From Patescibacteria group bacterium (GTDB taxonomy: Bacteria; Patescibacteriota; Patescibacteriia; Patescibacteriales; GWC2-42-12): a stretch of DNA of 54,790 bases. The position numbers and the translations under genes were made by a program. A model generated the notes under the pieces. That model was given only the letters and a program-made list of their open reading frames with translations. It had not been told where the DNA came from and did no database searches. The stretch covers positions 1 through 54,790 of the forward strand of contig JAQVNC010000001.1 of assembly GCA_028703305.1 (NCBI GenBank), in the 5' to 3' direction. How positions within the stretch are numbered: the first letter of the stretch is position 1; each line of letters opens with the position of its first letter. Below, one piece after another: positions 28,143 through 36,522 of this stretch.

Positions 28143-28200
28143 CCAGGGATCCAATTCCTTCCCCTTTGTCATTGCGGGCCACGACCCGCAATCCATTTCC
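28127..28200. repeat. two tandem REP-like hairpins, GTCAT-stem-loop-stem-ATCCA type
   Basis: GTCATCCCGGGCTTGACCAGGGATCCAATTCC (28127-28158) and GTCATTGCGGGCCACGACCCGCAATCCATTTCC (28168-28200); a third copy at 36468-36500. Confidence 0.8.
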
Positions 28201-28248
28201 TTAATTTTATTTAATTTTAGCCATAAAAAAGCCAATCAATATAAACGA

Positions 28249-28280
28249 TTGACTTTTTTTTGATTTTATGCTATTATAAT
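28249..28280 (+). promoter_or_regulatory. promoter candidate for cassette 1
   Basis: TTGACT (28249-28254), 17-nt spacer, TATTAT (28272-28277) overlapping TATAAT (28275-28280). Confidence 0.5.
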
Positions 28281-28465
28281 AAGTTAGTTCTTTTGGTATT
28301 TCTTATGCCAAATAGAATGAAAATCGAGCCTTTTTACTTCCCTCTTGACCTGTTTATTTTTAGACATGCCAAGGGTGAGGTAAAAAGGTTCGATTGTCGA
28401 ACCTTCACAACTCAAACAAATAAAATAAAAATAAATATAAAAAAAAGAAAGAGAGGGCAGAGGAA

Positions 28466-29338
28466 ATGAGTATCCAAAAGGTTCATGCGCCGAAAACTCT
28501 AAGAGTCAAATCTGGAGAAAAAAAACAAATAGGCGCAAAGGCAGTAGGAGCAACAAATAAGGAAGAAAAGGAGTTGCTCTATACAGTAATAGGAAAAGGC
28601 GAGGTAGATCCCAAAGGAGTTTTTACGGCTCCGAGCTTAACTAGCGAAGAGGAAACAATAATTATAACAGAATCAGCATTCGATGATTCTATGACAGCGG
28701 AGACCGTCATTACCATTGAGGCTATTAAACCCTTAGCAGTTAAGCCAGCTTACGGCCTAGAACTATTTGCCGGCGCGAACAAGAAGTTTGAAGCGGATTA
28801 CCCGTTTCCTGTTTCCCCGAGCTGGCATATTGGAAATTTAGCCAGGGGTATAGGCAACATTGACGTGAGCACGGGGCTTTATACTGCCCCGGAGATTATC
28901 CCGCACGAAGTCGAAATAACCATTGTTTTAATCGATAAAAATCGGCCAAACAACTTTGCTGAAGCGAAAATCAGATTGTTTCCAATTGAGATGAAAGTCG
29001 GAACGCAGAGGAAGATTCACGCAGGAGAAGAAAATGTTCAACTCCCAATCGAATCACATAACGACTCAAGCGGATTAGATAATTTCACCTGCACAATCAT
29101 TTCCTCTCCAATGGTTGGGAGAATTATAGAGGACAATAAGTACGCCCCGCCATTAATCATTGACAGCCCTGAAATGGTAAAGGTAAAAGCAACATCAAAA
29201 TTGGATAAATCAAAGTCGGTCATTTTGGAATTTGAACTTGATCTACCTCTTTGTAGAGCTTGTAAAAGCATAACCAACTCAGACGGCCGCTGCACTATCT
29301 GCGGCATGCCGAGATCTTATGGTGCAAGCATTAAATAG
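28466..29338 (+). CDS. hypothetical protein: three Ig-like repeats plus C-terminal CxxC...CxxC zinc ribbon, no signal peptide
   Basis: SD GAGGGCAGAGG; repeats of about 85 aa ending GVFTAP / GLYTAP / KYAPP; CRACKSITNSDGRCTICG. Confidence 0.7.
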   Translation: MSIQKVHAPKTLRVKSGEKKQIGAKAVGATNKEEKELLYTVIGKGEVDPKGVFTAPSLTSEEETIIITESAFDDSMTAETVITIEAIKPLAVKPAYGLELFAGANKKFEADYPFPVSPSWHIGNLARGIGNIDVSTGLYTAPEIIPHEVEITIVLIDKNRPNNFAEAKIRLFPIEMKVGTQRKIHAGEENVQLPIESHNDSSGLDNFTCTIISSPMVGRIIEDNKYAPPLIIDSPEMVKVKATSKLDKSKSVILEFELDLPLCRACKSITNSDGRCTICGMPRSYGASIK

Positions 29339-29353
29339 AAAAGGAGAAATAAA

Positions 29354-30112
29354 ATGAGCTTCGAAAAAATAGGGAAAGTAATTGGTACCATCGTGGAGGT
29401 TCTTGAAATATTGGCTACCGGAAAACTTACTGGCGCTATCATGAGGCTTTTTCACGCGAAAGATATCAACAATAAGGCGGGTTCTTCAGTGGCCACGGCA
29501 ACCGGGGATCAAGCGAATGTTAAAACCGATGACGGAAAGATTAAATCTGGTGTTATCGGTTGGGGGCCGGAAGACAATATTATCAGAGAATCGATTATAA
29601 ACCTTTTGGCTACCAAAGATCAAATCAGGGAAACTACCTATCGAAACTTTGAGACCTGGCTGGAAAAAGAACATTTTTTTGACTGGGTATCTTGGATACA
29701 TTTTTTTACTATCCAGGCCGAAAAACTTCCAGACCAAGCGGTAATAACTCTTAACAACATAATTGACGCTATTACTCTTGGCGGCGGCAACGATGCTGGC
29801 CTGAAGTACATCCAAGGCTTGACCGGAGAAATTTATCTTAAGCTGTTAAAGGCTTACGGAAAAAAATTCTTCGAGATGATGGAGGCGCTAGCAAAAAAAT
29901 ATCCATGGCTTTCAGTAAATGAGTTAACAAAACTATTAAACGAGGGTGTGGGCAAAATTGAAGAAAGCCTTGATCATGGGGAAGCTTGGGTTAACATGCA
30001 ACAGCAAGGCAATTTCTGGCAGCGTCATTTCTGCCCTTGGCGATTACTGCAAATGCCACCGGATGTATCCAGCTACAATCAAAATTACCACAACAATGGA
30101 GGTGGAATATGA
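29354..30112 (+). CDS. hypothetical protein (mostly helical by eye)
   Basis: SD AAGGAG at 29341-29346; stop overlaps the next start (ATGA at 30109-30112). Confidence 0.65.
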   Translation: MSFEKIGKVIGTIVEVLEILATGKLTGAIMRLFHAKDINNKAGSSVATATGDQANVKTDDGKIKSGVIGWGPEDNIIRESIINLLATKDQIRETTYRNFETWLEKEHFFDWVSWIHFFTIQAEKLPDQAVITLNNIIDAITLGGGNDAGLKYIQGLTGEIYLKLLKAYGKKFFEMMEALAKKYPWLSVNELTKLLNEGVGKIEESLDHGEAWVNMQQQGNFWQRHFCPWRLLQMPPDVSSYNQNYHNNGGGI

Positions 30113-31242
30113 ACAGGCTCATTAACTTGCTAAGAAGAATTTCTTCTCTCGCATACAATTCCTATGCAGTAATCCATGCCCAATTTCCTGGATTTGTTGT
30201 GTATGGAGGATTGCTACCAATCTCGTTATCAATAATTTTTGCCTGCGCCGGTTATGATCGAGCAAACCAAATTTGCGCAGTAATTTGGGTATTGGTGGGC
30301 TTCTACATCGGGACCCTCCCGGTTGTAGTCGCGACATCAGCCGCCGCCGGAGCAGTATCTGATCCTAAACACCCAGTGGCCGGGGTTGAAGATAAAGTAG
30401 TAAAAGCCTATAAAGGCATACGAACCTACTTTTTCTATCTCGCCGCCTGGTCCTTAATTATCGGGGTTACTGGGATTTACCGCAACTGGGGAAGTATAAT
30501 AACTGTTCTGGCGATAATTATCGTTACCACTATGATGAAGGTTGCGTGGGGGGTGACTGGCAAAGGACGAGCTAGAAAAATATTTATTAGCGGCTTGTCT
30601 ATAGTTCTGGTCTTCAACTTTATGACCGTAATTTCTCCAGTCTTTTACAACAAGACTCTTGGTTTTGACCCCGTTACCTATTTTCGTCCATCGGTAGTTG
30701 ACGAACAAATTGTAAAGGCTGAAAAAACTGCCAAAGATATCAGGGATGCCTATGTCGGCCAAATGTTGGCTGGAATAAGCAATACGATAGACCCCGGAAC
30801 CGGCCAGCCTGCAAACATTGAGCTGCTTACCGTCCAAAAAGTCCGAGTTGAAATCAACGCACAAAAGATACAGGCCATCAAGGAAGAACAATATCCTCTG
30901 ACAATGAGCGGTTTTAAAAAAGCTGTTCTTTATTCATTCAGAAACCCTAGGGGAGTCGAGGGGGCAGAGGACAACCCACAAATCAGAATCGTCAAACACA
31001 GCGACAAGGCATGGGAGGTTGAATTCTTAACTGACCAAATGACTACTGTACTTCGACGATGGCCAGCCGGAGCAACAATTGTCTTCGCCGGTTACGAAGA
31101 AAAAGAAGTAACCAGAAATAACCCTGCCGGCGGAAATGAACCATTCTATCTACCAGTAGGAGTGCCACTCGGCAGAACGGCTGACACTTCGCTCATTGTA
31201 AAATATAAAGTAGGAGGAAAAATAATATTAAATTTCAGCTAG
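30109..31242 (+). CDS. hypothetical polytopic membrane protein with C-terminal soluble domain
   Basis: Start set to ATG 30109 behind GGAGGTGG; about 5 TM helices, then a soluble region of about 190 aa. Confidence 0.65.
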   Translation: MNRLINLLRRISSLAYNSYAVIHAQFPGFVVYGGLLPISLSIIFACAGYDRANQICAVIWVLVGFYIGTLPVVVATSAAAGAVSDPKHPVAGVEDKVVKAYKGIRTYFFYLAAWSLIIGVTGIYRNWGSIITVLAIIIVTTMMKVAWGVTGKGRARKIFISGLSIVLVFNFMTVISPVFYNKTLGFDPVTYFRPSVVDEQIVKAEKTAKDIRDAYVGQMLAGISNTIDPGTGQPANIELLTVQKVRVEINAQKIQAIKEEQYPLTMSGFKKAVLYSFRNPRGVEGAEDNPQIRIVKHSDKAWEVEFLTDQMTTVLRRWPAGATIVFAGYEEKEVTRNNPAGGNEPFYLPVGVPLGRTADTSLIVKYKVGGKIILNFS

Positions 31243-31261
31243 AAAATAATCTAGCCATAGC

Positions 31262-31299
31262 AGAGGGACAACGCTTAGCGTGCTTCCCTCTTTTTTTTT
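31262..31299 (+). terminator. intrinsic terminator of cassette 1
   Basis: AGAGGGA ... TCCCTCT stem followed by T9. Confidence 0.7.
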
Positions 31300-31353
31300 G
31301 TTTTATGTTATGTTATAATTTATATTAGATTGATATTATTAAACTATTTGATT

Positions 31354-31830
31354 ATGAAATCAAAAATCATTTTCATCTCACTTCTTTTACTAGTATTTTT
31401 TTCAATTCCTCTATCAATGGCTAATGCTGGAACATGCAAAAAGGGTGTTGAAACTGGCGGTCCCTGCCAAACAACAGTTGATTGCACAAATACAAATTAT
31501 GCCGGATATACCTGCGACACAACTAATCCTGCCACCTCCGGCACCGTCTCCCTCCCCAACCCAATTACTATCCCTGACGCAAATAAAGCCAACCCCATAC
31601 CCTACCTCCTCGGAATAGTTATCAACTCCGTTCTCGGCATTGTCGGTTCTTTAGCTTTGGTAATGTTCATCTACGGAGGAATTACATGGATGCTGTCGGC
31701 CGGCAATCAGGAGCAGGTGACTAAAGGCAAAAACATTTTAATCTGGGCGGCTGCCGGCATTGTTATTATTTTTACGGCCTACGCTCTAGTCAAATTTGTC
31801 TTAACCACGGTAACGGGAACCGGCGGATAA
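31354..31830 (+). CDS. TrbC/VirB2-like (T4SS-type) pilin paralogue with Cys-rich ectodomain
   Basis: Signal peptide ...SMANA; four Cys in CKKGVETGGPCQTTVDCTNTNYAGYTCD; core IYGGITWMLSAGNQEQVTKGKNIL between two TM helices. Confidence 0.7.
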   Translation: MKSKIIFISLLLLVFFSIPLSMANAGTCKKGVETGGPCQTTVDCTNTNYAGYTCDTTNPATSGTVSLPNPITIPDANKANPIPYLLGIVINSVLGIVGSLALVMFIYGGITWMLSAGNQEQVTKGKNILIWAAAGIVIIFTAYALVKFVLTTVTGTGG

Positions 31831-31850
31831 TATTATTTAAAAACCTTTTT

Positions 31851-31899
31851 CTCATAACTCACAACCCATAACATAAAACACGGCAATAGCCGTGTTTTT
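31851..31899 (+). terminator. heptamer array plus intrinsic terminator
   Basis: CTCATAA CTCACAA CCCATAA CATAAAA, then AAAACACGG-CAATAG-CCGTGTTTTT. Confidence 0.65.
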
Positions 31900-31902
31900 A
31901 TA

Positions 31903-31951
31903 AAGATACAATCACCAAGAAACAATAACCAAGCAAATTAAAAATTAAAAT
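31903..31951. repeat. heptamer-periodic array (AAnnACC words)
   Basis: AAGATAC AATCACC AAGAAAC AATAACC AAGCAAA TTAAAAA TTAAAAT; reverse-complement words recur at 32320-32365. Confidence 0.75.
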
Positions 31952-31958
31952 ATCCAAA

Positions 31959-32306
31959 CTATTTTTCTACTTTTTTAATTATAGCCGATAAAATATTTCT
32001 TAACTCTTTAGCTTCGTTCAATAAATCATTCATCCTGCTTTTAAATTCGGGGTTCGCTTCAGCGATTAGTTCCAGCCAATGTATGGCCTCTTTAGATTCT
32101 TTTCTTGATATTTTTAGCCTGTGCACAAAATCCTTTTTCCCTAAAGAATCGTTGGCTTCGCGGTAATTAGCTCCTACTGAACCAGCCGACCCAACAACTT
32201 GGCCGATTAATCTATTATTCATAGAATTTTTTGGCAAAGCCTTGCATAATCTAATTACCCTTTTGGCAAATTCCGTTGTTCTATCTTCTAGATCAAATTT
32301 TTGCAT
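31959..32306 (-). CDS. four-helix-bundle protein (23S rRNA intervening-sequence protein family)
   Basis: 115 aa; typical QVVGSAGSVGANYREA and KESKEAIHWLEL motifs. Confidence 0.8.
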   Translation of the reverse strand: MQKFDLEDRTTEFAKRVIRLCKALPKNSMNNRLIGQVVGSAGSVGANYREANDSLGKKDFVHRLKISRKESKEAIHWLELIAEANPEFKSRMNDLLNEAKELRNILSAIIKKVEK

Positions 32307-32353
32307 TTGTTTGATTATTGGTGATTGAATTTTGTTTGTTTCTTGTATCTTGA

Positions 32354-33223
32354 TTATTGGTTATTTACCAGCAGCGCTGCTCCGATGGCGCCGGCGTTAG
32401 CGCCCAGTTTGCCTTTAACTATTTTTATAGTCTTCGCTTCCGGCGACTTAATATATTTACGCATGATTTTTTTTGCTTGCGGCAAAAACAGATCATCCGA
32501 TTCAACTACGCTGCCGCCGACAATAATTAATTCCGGATCAATAATATTCACCACATTGGCCAAGCTGATACCGAAATAATGGCCGAGTTCGTTATAAGAT
32601 TTTTGCGCCAGGACATCGCCACGGTAAGCTTCCTCGGCTAAATTCGCCGGGTTGCTTTGCGTTAATTTACGGTAGGCTTCTTCCAACCTGATACCTTCTT
32701 TAAAATCAACGGTCAACCAGCTAAATTCAGTCGCCCCGCCATGCGCTCCGTTATAAATTTCTCCCCTATACCACCAGCCGCCGCCAAACCCCGTGCCTAT
32801 GGTTACGCTAAAAACATTGCCATATCTTTTGCCCGCGCCAAATTTCATTTCCGCGCGCAAAAAACAATGGCCGTCATTGTCAATTTTAATTTGCTCTATC
32901 CCCAGCTTAGCCGATAAACTATCCGGCAATTTAAGGCCGTTTAGAAGAGGAACGTTGGGCGCTTCCACAATTTTATTTTCCTTATAATTTAACATGCCCG
33001 GCACGCCTACGCCCATACCTTTAATAATACCGCCGTTAGCTTTGGCTTTATCCTGTAAAGGCTCAATTAAAGCCTTAAGCATGATCATAAAATGCTCAAG
33101 ATTATCTTTGGGCGTGGCTAAAGTATAATCGGCTATTACAACCTGACCGTCAAATAAAACCGCGCTCATTTTTGTGCCGCCGATATCAACGCCGATGGTA
33201 TAATTTTTATTTGGTTTATTCAT
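32354..33223 (-). CDS. ROK-family sugar kinase (glucokinase-like)
   Basis: 289 aa; N-terminal GVDIGGTK ATP-binding motif; ROK-typical glycine-rich segments. Confidence 0.8.
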   Translation of the reverse strand: MNKPNKNYTIGVDIGGTKMSAVLFDGQVVIADYTLATPKDNLEHFMIMLKALIEPLQDKAKANGGIIKGMGVGVPGMLNYKENKIVEAPNVPLLNGLKLPDSLSAKLGIEQIKIDNDGHCFLRAEMKFGAGKRYGNVFSVTIGTGFGGGWWYRGEIYNGAHGGATEFSWLTVDFKEGIRLEEAYRKLTQSNPANLAEEAYRGDVLAQKSYNELGHYFGISLANVVNIIDPELIIVGGSVVESDDLFLPQAKKIMRKYIKSPEAKTIKIVKGKLGANAGAIGAALLVNNQ

Positions 33224-33234
33224 AAAATATTTAT

Positions 33235-33380
33235 AAATTCTAAATCCGAAATCCTAAATTCTAAACAAACTCAAAATTCAAATATCAAATGCTCCAAACA
33301 AAATACCTTTCATTTGTTTTGAATTTATAATTTTGGTCATTAGGATTTGTTTAGGATTTAGATATTAGAATTTAGAATTT
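33235..33380. repeat. inverted heptamer-word arrays / long imperfect hairpin
   Basis: AAATTCT AAATCCG AAATCCT AAATTCT AAACAAA ... faces AGGATTT AGATATT AGAATTT AGAATTT (33353-33380). Confidence 0.8.
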
Positions 33381-34395
33381 AATTATTAAACAATGTCCTG
33401 GCATATTCCCAAACTTCCGGCCGGCCTTGTTTTAGCTCCCAATACCACCATTCCGCTCCCCAGAGATAAAACTCGCGGAAGCCGGTTTGGCGGCCGAACT
33501 CAACCATCTCTTTAAATTTTTCTAAATCCATGGTGCGGTCCCGATCAATTTGGGATAATTCCTGATAAGCTTTCGGTCCCCAAGGCTCGGCCTGCATTTC
33601 TATGACTATCCAATTTTTAGGCTTAGCGAAAAGAAAAGCTAAATTCTTTTTAAATTTAAAAAATGCCGGCCCGATCGGGTAATGAACATAGCGTTTAAAA
33701 AAATTGGAATAAGTATTTAAATACATGGTGGTGCCGAAAATATCAGCGCGCTTGGCCGCCCCCACCCAAAAAGATAATTCGCCCGAATCCGTAATCACAA
33801 TCGGCCTGGCGTCAAGGCTTTTAACCAGCATAATTTCTTGGTCCAAAAATTTAGCGTCAAATTTCGGACAGTCGCCGAAATGAGATAAAAACGGCTCATT
33901 CTCAATCTGCCAGGCAACAATGCTATTATTGCTTTTATAGCGCTCAATCACTTTGGCCAAATAAGCTAAGGTGCTATTTTCCACTTGAGCCTTTAATCTG
34001 CCTTCGGTCCAATCAGGAAAATGGCATTCAGGCCAGCGCGGCAGGCGCGCGCCAACCGCTAAAATAATTTCGCTTTGCCGCTCACCGGCTCGGTTTATCT
34101 GCCAATCAAGATCTTCCCATGAGTAAACGCCTTCTTGATTTTCAATTTCATCCCAATAGGCCGGCAACCTTATTTTTTTTACGCCCAAGTCGTCCAATAT
34201 GGATAAATAAATTCTCTGCCAATCAAGGCCTAAGCTCTCGGCCTGCTTCTTGGAAAAAGTTACGCCATATTCCAATTCGGCCGGCTCATAAACCCGGCCT
34301 TGGCTGAAAATAAAAACAAAAAATAAAGCCAAAATTAAAACTATTAAAAATATTTTAAAAAACCTGAAAGTTTTAAACATAAGAAATATAAACAA
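33379..34395 (-). CDS. membrane-anchored clan GH-A-like TIM-barrel glycoside hydrolase
   Basis: 338 aa; N-terminal TM; WQIENEPF (NEP acid/base-like) and IEMQAEPW (nucleophile-like) motifs. Confidence 0.5.
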   Translation of the reverse strand: MFIFLMFKTFRFFKIFLIVLILALFFVFIFSQGRVYEPAELEYGVTFSKKQAESLGLDWQRIYLSILDDLGVKKIRLPAYWDEIENQEGVYSWEDLDWQINRAGERQSEIILAVGARLPRWPECHFPDWTEGRLKAQVENSTLAYLAKVIERYKSNNSIVAWQIENEPFLSHFGDCPKFDAKFLDQEIMLVKSLDARPIVITDSGELSFWVGAAKRADIFGTTMYLNTYSNFFKRYVHYPIGPAFFKFKKNLAFLFAKPKNWIVIEMQAEPWGPKAYQELSQIDRDRTMDLEKFKEMVEFGRQTGFREFYLWGAEWWYWELKQGRPEVWEYARTLFNN

Positions 34396-34410
34396 TTCTA
34401 TAACTTCTTA

Positions 34411-34508
34411 TGGGGGTTAAATTTAGGAAATTTTTGTGCGAGGACTGTTTGAGGCCGAGTAATCTCGGCCGAGTTCCGCAGTAGAAAATTTACTAAATTT
34501 AACCCCCA
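34411..34508. repeat. long hairpin: AT-rich arms with GC-rich centre
   Basis: TGGGGGTTAAATTTAGGAAATTTTT (34411-34435) versus AAAATTTACTAAATTTAACCCCCA (34485-34508); central GGCCGAG-TAAT-CTCGGCC. Confidence 0.8.
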
Positions 34509-34547
34509 TTAACTGAAGTAATTTGCCTAACTGCTATAACCAGCGAA

Positions 34548-35015
34548 TTACCATGACCAGGAGACTGGCATAACTCCGGTAGTCATGTATATGAGCCGAT
34601 TTAAGACAAAAGTAGCGATGGAAAAAGCTACTAAAATTATTACCAAACCGATGATGCCGTTAATTAACTGTTTTTTAGCCGATTCAACATTCTCTTCATT
34701 GCCGCCGGCCGTCATCCATCTAAACCCGGCATAAATAATAATCACTAAAGAAATTATACCCAATAGTTCCAAAATAATTCTAATTACTCTGGCTACCATA
34801 ATCCTGATATCATTATTCTCGTCCGCGGGATTAGTCTGGCCGTAAGCCGTGCCGCCAATTTCCTTAAGCCCGCCATTATTAACCGTATTCCACCAGCCCT
34901 CGGCTTTAACCTGATTAGAACCATTTAAATCAACTCCAACCGGCATTAAGCTCAAGCAGATGGACAAAAAGATAGCGCTTAGGCTATACTTTAAGATTCT
35001 TTTAGTCATAAACAT
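34548..35015 (-). CDS. TrbC/VirB2-like pilin paralogue
   Basis: Signal peptide; core IIIYAGFRWMTAGGNEENVESAKKQLINGIIGLVII between two TM helices. Confidence 0.7.
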   Translation of the reverse strand: MFMTKRILKYSLSAIFLSICLSLMPVGVDLNGSNQVKAEGWWNTVNNGGLKEIGGTAYGQTNPADENNDIRIMVARVIRIILELLGIISLVIIIYAGFRWMTAGGNEENVESAKKQLINGIIGLVIILVAFSIATFVLNRLIYMTTGVMPVSWSW

Positions 35016-35078
35016 ATTATTTTGCTATAATTTAATTATATATTTATTATACCTAAATTAGCTAAATTAGGCAAAGTT

Positions 35079-36509
35079 ATGACCCTATCATCCAAAGTTG
35101 CTTACAATACTATTGTCCAAATAATCGGCAAAGCCGTTTCTACTATTTTAGGGCTGGCGGTTATCGCCATTATGGCCAGATATTTGCGCGAAGTCGGTTT
35201 TGGCCAATATACTACCATTATTACTTTCCTGTCCTTTTTCGGCATAATCGCGGATTTCGGCTTAACTTTAGTCACTTCACAAATGATTAGCCGGCCGAAT
35301 AATAATCAAACGGCTTTATTAAACAATCTTTTTAGCCTGCGCTTAATTTCCGCCATCTTCTTTTTGGGCCTGGCGCCGCTCATCGTTTTATTTTTCCCTT
35401 ATGATCCGATTATTAAATTAGGCGTTGCCATTACCGTCTTATCGTCTTTATTCGTTGCCTTAAACCAAATTTTAGTCGGCTTTTTCCAAAAAAATTTAAC
35501 CATGACCGTGGTAGCGGCGGCCGAGGTCGTTAGCCGGGCGGTTCTGCTCGGCGGCATAATTATAACCGCTTATTTGAATTTAGGGCTATTAAGCATTATG
35601 GTGGCCACGGTTATTTCCAGCCTAATTAGCTTTGTTATGCATTATTGGTTTTCCCGCCGCTATGTTAGAATCGGCTGGCAAGTTGATCTAACCGTCTGGC
35701 GCGAAATCATTAAAAAATCATGGCCGCTCGGGCTTACTATTTTTTTTAATTTAATTTATTTGCGCGCGGACATTTTTATTTTATCGCTTTTAAAAAGCCA
35801 GGCTGAAGTCGGCCTTTACGGCGCGACTTATCGGGTAATTGATGTTTTAACCACTTTGCCTTTTATGTTTGCCGGCTTAATTCTGCCCATCTTAACCGCT
35901 GAATGGGCCAATAAAAATTTTCTAAAATTTAATCAAGTCCTGCAAAAATCATTTGACGCCATGATTATATTGGCTATCCCCTTAATTGTCGGCGCCCAGC
36001 TTACGGCCGGACCGCTAATGCTGCTCATAGCCGGCGAAAATTTCAGCCAATCGGGCAATATATTAAAAATATTAATTTTAGCCATCGGTTTTATTTTTGT
36101 CGGCTGTTTGTTCGCTCACGCGGTTATTGCTTTAGACAAGCAAAAAAATATTATCGGCGCTTATATTTTTACCGCCTTAACCTCGCTTATAGGCTACCTG
36201 ATTTTTATCCCCCGCTTTTCCTATTACGGCGCCGCCTGGGTAACCGTTTATAGCGAGCTGGCGATTGCTTTATTTTCTTTTTACATTTTAATGAAGCACA
36301 GCCAATTTAGGCTAAATTTAGCTATTTTTCTCAAATCATTGGCCGCTTCTTTTATAATGGCTATAAGCATTTATTTATTCATTGATAAGCTAAATCTCGT
36401 CTTAACGATTTTAACCGCCGCAATAATTTATTTGTTTTGCCTATATTTATTTAAAGGCTTTAATTTTGTCATTCCGGCCTCCGAGTCGGAATCCATGGTT
36501 CGGCGCTAA
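35079..36509 (+). CDS. MOP/Wzx-type oligosaccharide flippase
   Basis: 476 aa with about 14 TM helices; the last codons (VIPASESESMVRR) are encoded by a REP-like hairpin. Confidence 0.75.
   Translation: MTLSSKVAYNTIVQIIGKAVSTILGLAVIAIMARYLREVGFGQYTTIITFLSFFGIIADFGLTLVTSQMISRPNNNQTALLNNLFSLRLISAIFFLGLAPLIVLFFPYDPIIKLGVAITVLSSLFVALNQILVGFFQKNLTMTVVAAAEVVSRAVLLGGIIITAYLNLGLLSIMVATVISSLISFVMHYWFSRRYVRIGWQVDLTVWREIIKKSWPLGLTIFFNLIYLRADIFILSLLKSQAEVGLYGATYRVIDVLTTLPFMFAGLILPILTAEWANKNFLKFNQVLQKSFDAMIILAIPLIVGAQLTAGPLMLLIAGENFSQSGNILKILILAIGFIFVGCLFAHAVIALDKQKNIIGAYIFTALTSLIGYLIFIPRFSYYGAAWVTVYSELAIALFSFYILMKHSQFRLNLAIFLKSLAASFIMAISIYLFIDKLNLVLTILTAAIIYLFCLYLFKGFNFVIPASESESMVRR
36468..36500. repeat. 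REP-like hairpin, GTCAT-stem-loop-stem-ATCCA type
   Basis: GTCATTCCGGCCTCCGAGTCGGAATCCATGGTT. Confidence 0.75.
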
Positions 36510-36522
36510 TAAAAAAATATTT

